Source: Lama glama (lineage: Eukaryota). From it: 64,000 nt of DNA. The translations under genes were made by a program, and so were the position numbers. The notes under the pieces are model-generated. The model ran no database searches and was not told the origin of the DNA. It saw only the letters and a program-made list of their open reading frames with translations. Where the stretch lies: assembly GCA_028534125.1 (NCBI GenBank), contig CM052817.1:684001-748000 (forward strand), read 5' to 3'. Position 1 is the stretch's first letter. Each line of letters opens with the position of its first letter. Below are positions 35,640-47,910 of the stretch, piece after piece.

Positions 35640-36110
35640 ATTCAGGGCTCTGCAGGGAAACAGAGCCAACAGGGTGTATAGAGAGCAGCGCACACCAGAT
35701 AGAGGGGTGCGCATAGATAGATACAGGTATTATTTGCATACCACATGTGTGGGGAGGGTATATTAAGGAATCAGCTCATGTGATTGCAGGAGCTGGCAAG
35801 TCTGAATTCTACAGGGCAGGCTAGCAGGCTGGAGACCCAGGGAGGAGATGAAGTTGCAGCTTGAGTTCAAAGGCTACCGAAGGCAGAATTCCCTCTTTTT
35901 TGGGAGAGGTTAGTCTATTTTCTTTTAATGTCTTCAGCTGCTTAGACACGGCCCACCCACACTGGGGGGCAATCTGCTCTTCTCAAAGTCCGGTGATTTA
36001 AATGTTACTCTCATCTAAAAACTACCTTCACAGTGACATCTCGACTGGTGTTTGACTAAACGACTGGGACCATAGCCCAGCCAAGTGGACACATAAAATT
36101 GACAATCATA
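35640..36110 (-). mobile_element. MLT2-family (ERVL) solo LTR
   Basis: taaggaatcagctcatgtgattgcaggagctggcaagtctgaa, gatttaaatgttactctcatctaaaaactaccttcacag, terminal ccaagtggacacataaaattgacaatcata. Confidence 0.85.
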
Positions 36111-36114
36111 GAGC

Positions 36115-36498
36115 CAGTCTCAGTCTGCTTATGCCGCTATAGCAAAACACCACAGACGGCAGGGAGGGGCTTCAGCAATAGGAATTTCTCTCTCACCATC
36201 CCAGAAGCTGGAAGTTTGGGATCAGGGTGGCAGCCAGTTTGGTTCCTGGTGAGGGGAGAGCCCACTTCATGGCCTGCAGACCCACCTTCTCTCCTTGTCC
36301 CCACACAGCAGAGGGAGAGGCAGGCTGGTCTCTTCCTATAAGGACACCAATCCCATTATGGGGCCCCAGTCAACCCTAATCACATGGCCTCAGTCAACCC
36401 TAATCACATCCCAAAGGCCCCACCTCCAAATACCATCACTTCGGGGGTCAAAGTCCCAACGTTTCACTTTGGGGGGCACACATATTCAGTCCACAGCA
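36115..36498 (-). mobile_element. MLT1A/B-like MaLR solo LTR
   Basis: gctatagcaaaacaccacagac, ttcctataaggacaccaatcccatt, cccaaaggccccacctccaaataccatcac, attcagtccacagca; internal duplication of cagtcaaccctaatcacat. Confidence 0.85.
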
Positions 36499-39400
36499 GA
36501 TCCTGTAACTAATTCTCAGCAGCAGGCAATCACAGGCTCGCAGAGAAGTGCTGGGCAGTGTCATGGGGAGAAGAAAACAGGCCCCACCGGGCAACAAGCA
36601 CCCCCCACATGGCTACCCTTGAACCATCAGACCCCACCTCCTCACCTGGAGGGCACCTTCCCTCCTCTCCTCCGTGCACGGGAAAGCTGGAAACATCCCT
36701 GCGCTGAAGTCTGGAGCTGCTCCCCGCCCACCCTGTTGGCACCTCGAGTGCCAACCTGCGCTGTGCTGCCAACACAGCAGCCCCAGGGGAGACCACTGCG
36801 GGGGCGGCTGGAGAGGATCTCCGCCACTCCACGCCCGGCCCCGCTGGTGCTGTGAGGCCGAGCACTGGGGACTCCTTGCTCCACTGTGTTCGTTCCTTGG
36901 GCCCCCGACCCCTGAGATGCTGTGTTCGCTTACACATGAGGGATGGGCTTCCAAGTGCAAGTATTTCTGTATCGTGGGTGGATCACCCCCAGCGCCAGGG
37001 CGGCCCTGGGTTTAGGGGGAATCCCTCCCCCTCCGTCTCACCCTCCTTCCTCTGGAAAGCTTTGCTGACATGCGTCCCAGACCAGACTCGAGAGGGGCCC
37101 TGGGGTCCAGTGAGGGCCTAAAGTCAGCCCGTCCCCCTTGGCCCGTGGCCCCAGGGAGGCCTCCAGCCAGTGTCAGCAGCACTGGGTGCTGACCTGGAGC
37201 CTGTGTGGTGGGTGTCACGCAGGATGGAGACCAGGGCTCAGCCAGCCAGCACTCGGCTACAGCTTCGCCCATCATGGCGCAGCCCACGTACGGCCGAGCA
37301 TGGGGCCCCAACCAGGCGGGAGGACCTGAGTACCCCACCCCTGCCCCGAGCAGCCACATTCAACAGCGGTCTGCCAAGACCCTGGTCACAGAGCTCCTGG
37401 CAGGGTGGCCGGTGGCCTTTGCTGCTTCCTCGGCTGCCCTGCTTCCTTTACCCCACACGCCCCACCCAGATAGCATCCCGTGTGCTCGGCCTCTCTCATA
37501 CAGAACACCCTCAGGGGCTGGCAGGTGGCGGGAGAGGCCTGCAGAAGTGGGCTCCCTGAGAGCAGTGGGGTGCAGGATCCCCAGATAGCAGAGGCCAGCT
37601 GGTAACCTGGTCAGCCCTGAGCACAAATGGGGCACGGCTGATGCAGAGACCAGGGAGGCCGTGGACACGGGGTCCCCGGTCCCAGTGAGGGTGCGCTCAG
37701 TCCGAGCCTCAGAACAAAGCAGGAGGGGTCAGGATGCAGGGCAGGCGCTGGAAAGGCAGGGTCCCTTGCACAGTGTCCGCCCCAGCGTTTCCCGGATGCA
37801 CACCGCCGACCTCAGAGAGGCCAGTCCCCAGCAGGAAGGGTCTCCACACCTCGCCAACGTGTCCCAACTCCCCAGCCCTCCCCAAGGAGACCTGGGGCCA
37901 CTGGCTCAGGGAACCACACACTGGGCGGGGAGGGTCACCCAAAGCTTTCACAGGCCAGCACACGCGGAGCCCTGGAGGAGGGGTGATCGCCACACCCCCC
38001 GAGGAGCAGGCACACACGGAGCCCTGGTCAGCACTGGCCCCTGGATGCCGTGGGCTTGCCTCCCACCCTCTGGCGTGCGCGTCTGACTGAGGCATCTGCT
38101 TAGCCGCCCTGCTGCCCGGAGCCGTGACGGGGACGGGCAGTGCTCCGGGACCACCTGGGCGAGCCGGGCCGGGTCGGCACCACGTGGGGGCCCCGCGAGA
38201 GTGTGCTTCTGGGCCTCGCCGGTGAGAGCAAACTTCCTCTGCAAACTGGGTTGGAGGGGAGGCGCGAGCCATTTCAGCAGCTGAGTCGGGCCTGGGCTGT
38301 GTCACTTTGCTCCCGTGAAGACTCTCCATCTGGAACAGCGGCTACAGCTGGAGGGGCCACGGGTTAGGTTCCGACGACCAGCCGTCACTGTCCGGGGCCT
38401 GTGCGGCCTCTGCACGCTGGGAGCCACGCTGCGGGTGTGAGAGGTGCCGCTGCCCCCGCACTCTCCAGTCGGGGAGGCAGCGGCCTTCGGGTCCTCTGGG
38501 ACACAGTATCCCCCTGACTTCCTGCCTTGGCCAGAAGGGACCTCCGCTTCCCCATCCTGCAGTCTGGCCCTCGCCCCTTGCTCGGAGCCGTTTGTGGGGA
38601 GCACTGCCTGTTCCGAGTTTGTCTAGCCTGGGCACACATAGCAGGAGTCCAGTCAGAGCCACGGACCAACTGGGCCCCCTGTATGTCGTGGGGCCCGACA
38701 GGGCCCGTCCACGCCCTCACAGGTGGGCCCAGTGTCAGCAGGGGTCCCCGGGGACCAGAATCAGTTCAGAGCCAACATCCAGTCACCCCCTTTAGGGGGC
38801 ATTTCGTCTCCTTCAGTGCACAGGCACGGACGAATGGCCACAGGTCCCTCCTGCACACACGGCGTGGGTCGCTCCTCAAGTGGAAGCCCCTCCATCCTGG
38901 GGCTCTGGGCCCCACGAGCGTGGCTAGGCCCAAAAACCAGGAGAGAGGCCTTGATTGTCCAGGAGGAAACCCCAGCAGGGCTCGGGCTGGCAGGCCTGCC
39001 GCATGTCTGGCTGGTGGATCGAGCAAGACTCCAGCAGGCTGCCCAGGTTTCGTGTCTTGGGGACACGGAAGGTTTCTTCGGGCCAAGGCCTGATCTACCA
39101 GGAAGGCCCTGCCACCCTCCGTGGTCGACCTGCCACCTGCCTCTGACAATTCAGTCTGCCTCTCGGCCTCCACTGTCTGAGTCCCAGCATCCCCACTGAA
39201 ATCAAGGAAGGCCCCTGCATGGCTTGTGGAAACCCACCACCGCGTTCACCCCGAGGTCATGCCTCCCACTCCCAGGAGGGGCAGGACTTCTGTGATGTCA
39301 CCTTCCAGTAAGGACCCCGGCGGCCTCCCCAGCTTCCTGGGGCCACGCCCACACCCAGACCCTCTCTCCTCCCCTCCCCTCCTGCCCTCCTTCCTTCAGA

Positions 39401-41059
39401 AAACTCAGACTGAATCATGGCCTCTGGCCTCATAGCTTTCCAGCCCAACAACTGAAGGCTGAGGCAAAGAGCGGGCTTCCGGGGGCTCACAGGGAGCCCA
39501 TCCCCCCTGCAGGCAAAGAGCAGCCACACTGAGAGGCCAGGGTTCCAGAGATGGGGCCGCTCAGCCCTCGCATGTCTGGTAAGTGGGGCTCAGGCCCAGT
39601 GGGGAAAGCCTGGGACCCTAAAGTGTGGGAGGGGACACCTGGTAGGGAGCGCCCGGGGATGTGACTCTGCAGGCCCCCCCGAGCTGCCCCCACAAGGCAA
39701 CGGTGCCTCCTCAGGAGGCGGCCCCTCCCCCTCTTGCCTTTCCCTGCCGGGGTGGGGACCTGCGCTGGCCCCCAGAGTAGCGGTGGCCGCAGTCAGTGCG
39801 GAGAGATGGGGAAGAGCCGTGCGATCACGCAGGGTCCAGGGTAGCACCTAGGACTGGAGCCGTAGGGTCTAGATGGAGGCACCAGACTGGGTGAGTGAGG
39901 ATGCTCTGGCATGCGGTTCCCTGCTGATTTAACATCCTGCGAGGACCCAGGGCACGGGGAGAGCTCACTGCTGAAAGGGGGCACCCAGGAGCCAGGACAA
40001 AGCGACGGGCTCAGGAGTGGGGACGCCCGGCTGTCCTGGAAGGTGGCGGCAGAAGGGGCAGGGGCTGAGGTCGGTGGGTGTGCTGGAGGGACAGAAACCT
40101 GGCCACAGGCAGCCCTGCCACTGCAACGGGGGCAGCCCAGCCCCCTGAGAGGTCAGCAGGGGCGTCCTCGGCAGGCCAGGGGTCCCGGGAGAGGGGAGAG
40201 GGTAGGGGAGGCTGGGCATAAGGAGAGCGGACATGAAGGACAGCGGGCAGAGGCCTTAGGGAGGCCCGCGTGTGCCTGTGGAGTGGCTGTGTGCCCTGGG
40301 GTCACGCTCCCTTCTCTGTGCCTAGTCTCTTGAGGGTAACTTGGGAATGGTTGGCACCAACTGGGAACTTTGCATAAATGATGTCACGGAATCCTCCCTG
40401 CCTCCAGCCCCACACACGACGGGCACTACCACTGCTCATGTCAGACCAGAGAGAGGCACAACCAGTGACCAGCTGCCCACGTCCTGCAGCCACTGGGCCA
40501 GAGCTGGACCCCGGGCGCCATGTGGTGACCCCCGAGCCTGTGGGCTGGATGACTCCAGGCTGGAGCCTGTGAGGATCCCCTCGGAGGACGCCAGAGCAGG
40601 AGGATGCCAAGGCCAGCTGTGTTCCTCGCTGGCTCCTGAGGAGATACTGGCCAGCCTCCCCCCGCTCCCCCCGGGCTGCCAACAGCAGGTGCGCTGCAGC
40701 CAGGTGGGGCCCTCCCGCCGCGTCCTCGTCCACACCTGAGCTCTCCGCGATGACCCAAGTCCTGCCGCGCTGGTGCGTGTGTTGCTGCTCCGGTGTGTGT
40801 CCTTCTGGTCCAGGAGAAGCAGGTGACTCCTCACTCACTCAGCAGCCACCCTGGCTCCCCTGGGCTCTTGTGCTCCACACGTTTTTCTTCTGGAGGCCTC
40901 ATCCTTCTCAGGGTGACTTACGGTGGCTCCCTGTGTGTTGTCGCCGAGGTCTGGCGCCCACTTGCTCACATGGTCTGTGGAATCCTTCATCGAACAGAAT
41001 CCTTCCTTCTGATAGGATCAGATTCATCCATTTTTCACCTTATGGTTCGCTCTTTTTTC

Positions 41060-41638
41060 CTTTCCCAGGTGTTGGATGCAGTTCCCTGTGCTCTACAGCA
41101 GGACCTTGCTGCTCATCTAGTTCGTTACACAGCAGTTCGTACCTGCTAATCCCAAACTCACTCCTGATTTACCCTCCCCGACTCCCTTTCCCCTCTGGTG
41201 ATCGTAAGTTTGTTTTCTCTGTCTGTGAGTCTGCTCTTGTTTCATAGATAAGCTCGCTGTGTAATGTTTTAGATTCCACATGTAGGTGACGTGTAGTGTT
41301 TGTCTTTCTCTGTCTGACTTACCCCACTCAGTGTGACGTCTCTAGGTCCATCCATGTTGCTGTGAATGACATTATTTCATTCTTTTTATGGCTGAGTAGT
41401 ATTCCATTGTGTACATGTGTCACATCTTCTTTATCCAGTCCTCTGTCAGTGGACAGTTAGGTGGCTTCCATGTCTTGGCTGTTGTAAATAGTGCTGCAGT
41501 GAACATGGGGGTGCAGGTGTCTTTTCGAATTAGAGTTCCCTCCAGACACATGCCCAGGAGTGGGACTGCTGGGTCACATGGTAAGTATTTTTGTTTTTTT
41601 AAGGAATCTCCATCATGTTTCCCATAGTAGCTGCACCA
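41060..41638 (-). mobile_element. Younger LINE-1 3' UTR (artiodactyl type)
   Basis: gttccctgtgctctacagcaggaccttg, aagtttgttttctctgtctgtgagtctg, tttttatggctgagtagtattccattgtgt, gctgttgtaaatagtgctgcagtgaacat; same family as 2946-3476. Confidence 0.88.
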
Positions 41639-41761
41639 TTATTGTTTGTTCTTTTGGGGAAGTGAAGAAATCTTTTCCCACCCAAGGTCACAAAGACATT
41701 CTCTGATGTTTCCTCCTATAGTTTTACCGCTTACATGTAGGTCTCCAGCCTCTTATGCAAA

Positions 41762-41828
41762 GGTCCCCTCTGTACATGGCATGAGATAGGGGTCCCTTGT
41801 GTACATGGTGTGAGGTAGGGGTCCCCTC
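41762..41828. repeat. ~29-bp local tandem duplication inside L1
   Basis: ggtcccctctgtacatggcatgagatagg / ggtcccttgtgtacatggtgtgaggtagg / ggtcccctc. Confidence 0.75.
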
Positions 41829-41854
41829 GCTTGTCTTCCTTCTGCTGGTTACAA

Positions 41855-41957
41855 GTAGGTCACCAAGACTAGTCTGGGTTCAGGGCAGGAGACACAGACC
41901 CCACCTCTCGGTGGGAGAGTGTCAAGGTATTTGCAGAGCTGAGTTTTAAAAGCACAG
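41855..41957 (-). mobile_element. MLT1-family LTR terminal fragment
   Basis: acagaccccacctctcggtgggagagtgtcaaggtatttgcag...ttttaaaagcaca. Confidence 0.55.
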
Positions 41958-42529
41958 TTCTTTTAAAAAAAAAAACCCTCCTTTCCCAAAGATGTCCTGT
42001 ACCACCCCGGTCACAGATCGAGTGGCCACAAGCCCGTGGGTTTGTTTGGGGAGCTTATGTTTAGGGTTTGGGGCGTGTGCTTGTCCGGCCCACTGTCATG
42101 CTGTTTTCTTCCCACGTCTTTGTATTTTAATAGCTGTAGGGCTGCCCCAGGCTTTGTTCCTCCTTTCCAAAAAGGTCTAGGATGCTCTTGTATCATCCCT
42201 TTTTAACGTCAATTTAGTGTTTGTTACATTTCTCAGACACCTTTGATTTGAATCGTATGTAGTTCATAGAGTAGCTGCAGGAACGCCGGCGTCTTCCTGA
42301 AGTGAAGCCGGCCACACACACACACACACATGACAGAGTTCTCCTCTCACTCGTGCCTGTCGGCGAAGCTGGGGCTCCCAGGTTTCCGCATAAGGGTCCT
42401 GCGCGTTCCTCTTAGGGTGACTCGCAGGTGCTGCGCTGCTCCGCACTGCTGCGGCGGGGCCTTGCCTTCTGTGTTCTCCAGCTGGATAGCGCTGGCGCAG
42501 GGCAACACTAAAGATTTTTGTAAGGTAAT

Positions 42530-43097
42530 TGTGATAGTTTTACAAACAGGCCCGCGGAGTCTTTGAGTCTCCTCCCCTCAGGACTTGGAGCTTGGCCGTC
42601 CTCCCCTGGCGTGTGGGGAGCACTTAGCGACTCACTCCTGACTAGCCTGTGCCGGAAGCAGCAATGCAGCCCTGAGAGGAGACCATGGAAGGCCTTAGGT
42701 CACCCCTCCCCCTCCTCCTCTCTCCATCTTCCTCTCTGGTCACTGGCTTGGTGGGTGGCCAGCTGCCATGTCCTGTGGACAGTCAAGTAGCTGTGTGGAC
42801 AGATCCACAGTCAGGAAATAAAGCCTCCTACCAAAGCCCGCAGGGAGCCGAGGCCCTCTGACGACAGCTAAGTGGTCCACCATCTTAGAAACAGATCCTC
42901 TGGCCCCAGTCAAACCTTCAGATGACGCCGCCACAGCCAATGCTTTGTCTCCCCCTCATGAGAGACTGACCCAGAAGCACCCAGCTAAATTGCTTCCAAA
43001 TTCCTGACGCACAGAAGCTGAGAGATGACCAGTGTTTGTTGTTTTGAGCTGCTGGGTTTTGTGGTAACTTGTTATGGAGCAATTGGCAACTAACACA
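42530..43097 (+). mobile_element. MLT1F-like MaLR solo LTR
   Basis: Starts TGTG, ends aactaacaCA; ggccagctgccatgt, ccccagtcaaaccttcagatgac, cacccagctaaattgcttccaaattcctgac, tgttgttttgagctgctgggttttgtggtaacttgttat. Confidence 0.85.
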
Positions 43098-43319
43098 ACG
43101 ATCTTGAATCTGCCAGTTGTGCTAACTTCTCTTGATTCTCTAATGACTTCCCTGTTGGTTTTGTTAGGTTTTTCTTTGTAGGTAATCATATCGTCTGCAT
43201 AAAATAGCAGTTTGTTTCTCCCTCCCCAATCCAGTGAACTTTTCTTTTTCGTTATCTTATTCTATTCTTCTTGGTGATAGTTTGAGCAATAGAAATGTTA
43301 CGTCCTTGTCGTGTGTTTA

Positions 43320-43784
43320 ACAAGAGATTTATTATCAGGCACTGACTCATGCAGGGGTGGAGGCTACAAGTCCCAAGATCTGCACTCGGGGAGCAGAGAC
43401 TGGGAGAGCCAGTGTGTCGTTCTGGCCCAGGATGGGGTGGGGTCAGCGGGCAGTGGTTAAACTTCCTGTCCCAGAGCTGGCAGGCTCAAGAACCAAGGTA
43501 AGGCAGGTTTTCAGTTTGAGCCTGAAGGCAGGAAAAGACCAATATCCTAGCTCAAACAGTCAGGCAGGAGGACTTCCTGCTGACCCAGTAGTTTTGTTCT
43601 GTCCAGGTCTTTGGCTGATTGGTGAGTCCTACCCACACTGGAGAGGGCAGCCTGCTTCACTCAGTCCACCAATTCCAGTGCTAATCTCACCCGGAAACAC
43701 CCTCGCTGACACACCCAGAGTCATGTTTGACTACATGGGCACCCCCCAGCCTGGTCAGGTTGATGTGTAAAATCAACCATCACA
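43320..43784 (-). mobile_element. MLT2-family (ERVL) solo LTR
   Basis: agagatttattat, aagtcccaagatctgca, tgaaggcaggaaaagaccaat, ggaaacaccctcgctgacacacccaga, terminal taaaatcaaccatcaca. Confidence 0.85.
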
Positions 43785-44836
43785 GTGATCAAATCCTCTT
43801 TTTAGGGGGTGGAGTGGGAGGAGCTATTCAGATTATAACAGAATTCTTCTTCTTTAGTCCATTTATGAAGGCAATCACATTGATAGATTTTCTGATGTTG
43901 AACCATCTTTGCATTCCTTGAATAAAGCCATTTGATGCATTTTTAAATATCAAAAAAAATTAATTATGCACTTGGGGTTAGTTACATTTTATTTATGATT
44001 TTTTAAAGGCTTATAATTATCTTTTCTGATTTTGAAGTAAGCGATTTACTAACCCACAAAATGAAATGAGAGGCTGTATTTTCTATCCTCTGGAAGTGTT
44101 TTCATAAGAAATAATTTATCTTTCTTGAAGGTTTTTAGTGGGATTTTTTTGTCTCCTATTTCAGGTTATTTAATGGATTTTGGTCTGATTAAATTTTCTA
44201 TTTACTCTGGTGTCAATTCCAGTATTTTGTATATTTTTAGAAATTTATCAGTTTTATCTATATTCTGAATATATGTGTGTTCATTTGTAGTTTGCCTTTA
44301 TTGTTTTTTCAGTCTTTTTCCATTGCTCATCCTCTGTTTATCTTCTTTTTCTCTCTTCTCAGTCTTGACAGAAGTCTGCCTGCTCTATTATACTGATAAG
44401 AACTGATTCAGTTCTAGTTTTGTGAATATTTTCTGGCTTTTTAATGTTAAAAATGTTCTCTACTTCACTGATCTCTGCTCTTTGTTTCTATCTTATTTTT
44501 AGATATATACTTTAGTTTTTCTATAGCCTCGTGAGCTGGATGTTTAGCTCACTTATTTTCAATCATTCTATCTTCTAATAAATATATTTAAAGTCATAAT
44601 TTTTCTTTAGTTGTTGCTTTAAGTACATCCCGCAACTCATAACTTGCAGTACTTTAAATATTTAACTTATGATTTTCTCTTAACCCAAGGATTATTTAGG
44701 GTTTTTTCTTCCTGGACATCTGGAATTTTTTTCACTATTCTTTTCTGATTTATTTATTTATTTATTTGCATTACTGTCAGACAACACAGTCAGTATTATG
44801 TTGCTTATTTGAAATTCATTACATTTTCTTTTCGTC

Positions 44837-45236
44837 TGTAGTTTTGGTGTCTTCCTCCAGTTTTGGCGTTTGACAGCTTTTAGCCTCACCCCTCCCTCTT
44901 CCCTTTGTGTCTCATATCTGGACAAAATGACAAGAAAGCCTGGGTGCTCCCTCCTCTGATGCTGATGGAACATGCAGACCATGCAAGCCTCTGCCCACAC
45001 ATGGGAACTTTCACCACAGCCCCAGCCCCTAACCTAATAAAAATATCTTTTCTTGGTCTCTCCTGACTTGCTTGGGAAGCCTACACTGCTCTCCTAAGAA
45101 ACATGAATTATTTAAGTAATCCAAACTTTTTCATACTCTCTTGGGGTGTGTGAGTGTGTGTGTGTGGCTTCTTCAGTCTCAATATTTGAACCAAATTTGG
45201 GGTAGGATCTGTCTGCCTCTGCAAGTAACCATAACG
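44837..45236 (+). mobile_element. ERVL-class solo LTR (MER54-like)
   Basis: Starts TGTA; tgacagcttttagcctcacccctccctcttccc, aagaaagcctgggtgctccctcct, tttttcatactctcttgg...gaaccaaatttgggg. Family name from memory. Confidence 0.65.
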
Positions 45237-45681
45237 GTGGCCTACTACATAGCCTATTTTTGTGAATAACTACACACAAAAGAATTGATATTCTCCATGA
45301 GATATGTAGATTCATAGAGAAGCAATAGGTATAATTCAATTAATTTACTATACCATTCAGATTTAAATATCCATACTTAGTTTTTGTGTATTTCATCTAT
45401 CATTTTATAAGAGGAGTTTGTTCAAAGTTCCAACTCCCATAGTTTAATCATATATTTCTCCTGATAATTTTCTCAGTTGTAGTTTTATATTATTTTAAGA
45501 TTATATTATTGAATGGTATATATTTATGATCAATATATCTTCTTGATCTATTGTTCCTTTGAATCAACGTCTAATATTCTTCTTTGTCCCTTATTATTTT
45601 TTTGGCCTTAATTCTATTTTGTCCAATATTAGAATTGCTACTCCATATTCCTTTTAGTATCTTTTTTTAATCCTTTGATTT

Positions 45682-45755
45682 TCTTTCTTTCTTTCTTTCC
45701 TTCTTTCTTTCTTTCTTCCTTGTTTTTGTTTAGTTTTGTTTTTGTTGTTGTTGTG
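45682..45755. repeat. (CTTT)n and (GTTTT/GTT)n microsatellite derived from the retrocopy poly(A) tail
   Basis: ttctttctttctttctttcc...tgtttttgtttagttttgtttttgttgttgttg. Confidence 0.85.
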
Positions 45756-46720
45756 TGTCTGTTTACTTTATAATTCTGTATTTTATGAAATCTTGTAACC
45801 AGCATGTATTACTTTATAATTAAGTTTTTACAGTTTGTCAAATAAATCATGGGAGGAAACCACACAGAGAGCACTGTATTGTTACTGTTTTTTCACATGC
45901 ACTTCCCAGGAGGAAACTCTTTTTTCTAAGAAGAACCAGTTTTCCTCTCACAAGACTAAGACACTGCTTCATGCCCCGTGATGGCCAGTGTGGGGAGGAA
46001 ACACTCTGCAGAGCTGTGCTCAGCAACCCTAGGTGCAGCTGTTCCATCCAAAGACGGAAATCTCCAGAATCTTTGAGGAATAACTCTATCTGCTAATGCT
46101 CAAACTCTGACAAACGGTTTCAAAGCTGGAGGCTCACAGACACCAGGTCATCCTCAAAAGGTCAGCACATGGCATTCAGATGCTCACCTGTGTGCCTTTA
46201 GAGCCTGTTGACAGAGGCCCCATGTCCACAACATGCTGGTGCCCAGCAGCAGCTGTCAGCTAAGGGGAACCTGCTCAGGCACAGGGTCACCTGGAGGCTC
46301 TCCAGATCACAAGAGCTGGGCTTCAGCTGTTGGAAGTCCTACCTTTCACGGGTTGCTTTCAGGTGCATGGAGGCCAGGCAGGTGTTGCAGTGTCTGTCAC
46401 AATCAGAGCCTCCTTGAGGGGCTGGCTGCTAGAAGCGGTATAGCTACCACCGTGGCAGACCATGCTTCGTGTACTATAGATGCTGCTCTGGTCTGTGGAG
46501 TGAAGAACCTTGCAGCAGCAATCCTTATACCTCCTACCCAAAAACTGCTGTGTTAGGGGGGGTCCTTAATATTCTTGTATTTCTCCTTGGATAGCCTGCC
46601 TCCAAGGGAGGCAGTGCCTGGAGCAAGGGCTGGGCAAGACCTCCTTTGGACAGAGACGCTGCTTTAGAAGTTGAAAAGTCTGTTTTGGGGGGGCACTCTT
46701 GCTACCTGTGTGCCTGTTCC
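45683..46720 (-). pseudogene. 5'-truncated retrocopy (processed pseudogene or 3' UTR fragment) of an unidentified transcript
   Basis: ~1 kb non-repeat insert in L1, flanked by atcctttgatttt (45670-45682) and atcccttgatttt (46721-46733); minus-strand target reads GGTT/AAAAA, the L1 endonuclease consensus; A-rich tail at the minus-strand 3' end; no intact long ORF. Confidence 0.75.
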
Positions 46721-47654
46721 ATCCCTTGATTTTTAACCTTTCTGTGCCTTTTCCTGTAAAATGTTCCTTCTTTAAGCAACATACTGCAGCATCTTGTTTC
46801 TCATCCCATTTGTGAGTCTCTGCTTTCAGATCACTGAGTCTAACTCATTTACATTTATTGTACTCCTTTTATATTAGAGTTGATTTGTGCCATCTTGTGT
46901 GTTTTCTAATTTCTCTACTTGGCTTCTTTTTTTCTTTTCTTCTTTTCTACTTCCCCAAGGTTGCAAAGACCCTGCCTTTCCCTGCTCTCCATGCAGGCTG
47001 GTTCCTGTCTGGACACACTGTGGCCGCTGCTCTCAAGGATCTTTGATCCACCTAGAAAAGCCAGCCATCACTGCACTTGCCAGGAATGGAGTTGAGAGTG
47101 ACCATGTGCCCCAGGATGCCATTCCTGCATCAGGTGGGCTAGCAAGGATGTGGTGGTGGTCAGTCTTGTTTGCCAGGGCATCTGCAGTACAGTGCCCACA
47201 TGCACACCTAAGGCCTCAGTTTGTATGTCACAAGTGAACATTTTGGACATGTGACATGCCCTGAGGGCCTGTGTCCACCCCACTTGTGGCTCCTTCCAGG
47301 TGTAGGTTCAGGGTCCATTCAGGGGCCTGGGAGTCCCTGGAGGAAAGAATGTGAACCCTCCAGAGGTGGCCAAGAAGGGGTCTCAGCAGAGGAAGGAACC
47401 AGCACCCTGGACGGGGACCGCAGCAGAGGGCACCCTGAGGCCACCACTGGGCTCCCCTTGTTCACAAGTGGGGACGCTTGGCCGGCAGCCCCCAGCTCCA
47501 CACCCACCCCTGCCTGGCAGCCAGCACAGGTGTTCAGAGCCTCCCTCTGGGGTGCAGGACAGAAGGAGGGACAGTTAGATGGGAGAGCAGACATTTCAAC
47601 CTGAGGCAGTTGGCCGGCCCCGGCCCCGCCCCGGGCATGAGCCCAGCACAGTTC

Positions 47655-47910
47655 GCTGGATGATAAATGGTGCTATTTTTAAAGGGAGACGCAGCAAAGA
47701 CCACTTCTATTTGTTTCTGTGGGGCTTCGTCTGGGCCGTGGTGCCTACGCATTAATGCTGCTCTCCAAGGAAGACAAACGGGAAAAAGCTGAGCCCTGAA
47801 CCCACCTGATACCATCGAGCACCACAGGGAAGAAATGCTGCGTAATAACCTTGCGAAGGTTTCCTAAATTAATACCAAACTGATGACCCTCGGCGTTTCG
47901 CCCCATCAGC
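47655..47910. promoter_or_regulatory. Candidate non-coding element
   Basis: tgataaatgg, gctatttttaaag (MEF2-like), tatttgttt (FOX), gcattaatgc palindrome, gtaataacc, ctaaattaatacc. Confidence 0.5.

Larger units (their letters stand above)
41640..46930 (-). mobile_element. Old LINE-1 ORF2 body interrupted by several later insertions
   Basis: AT-rich with L1 antisense motifs (gattttctgatgttgaaccatctttgcattcct, ttcacttattttcaatc, taactcatttacattta) that resume in register across nested elements. Confidence 0.75.
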
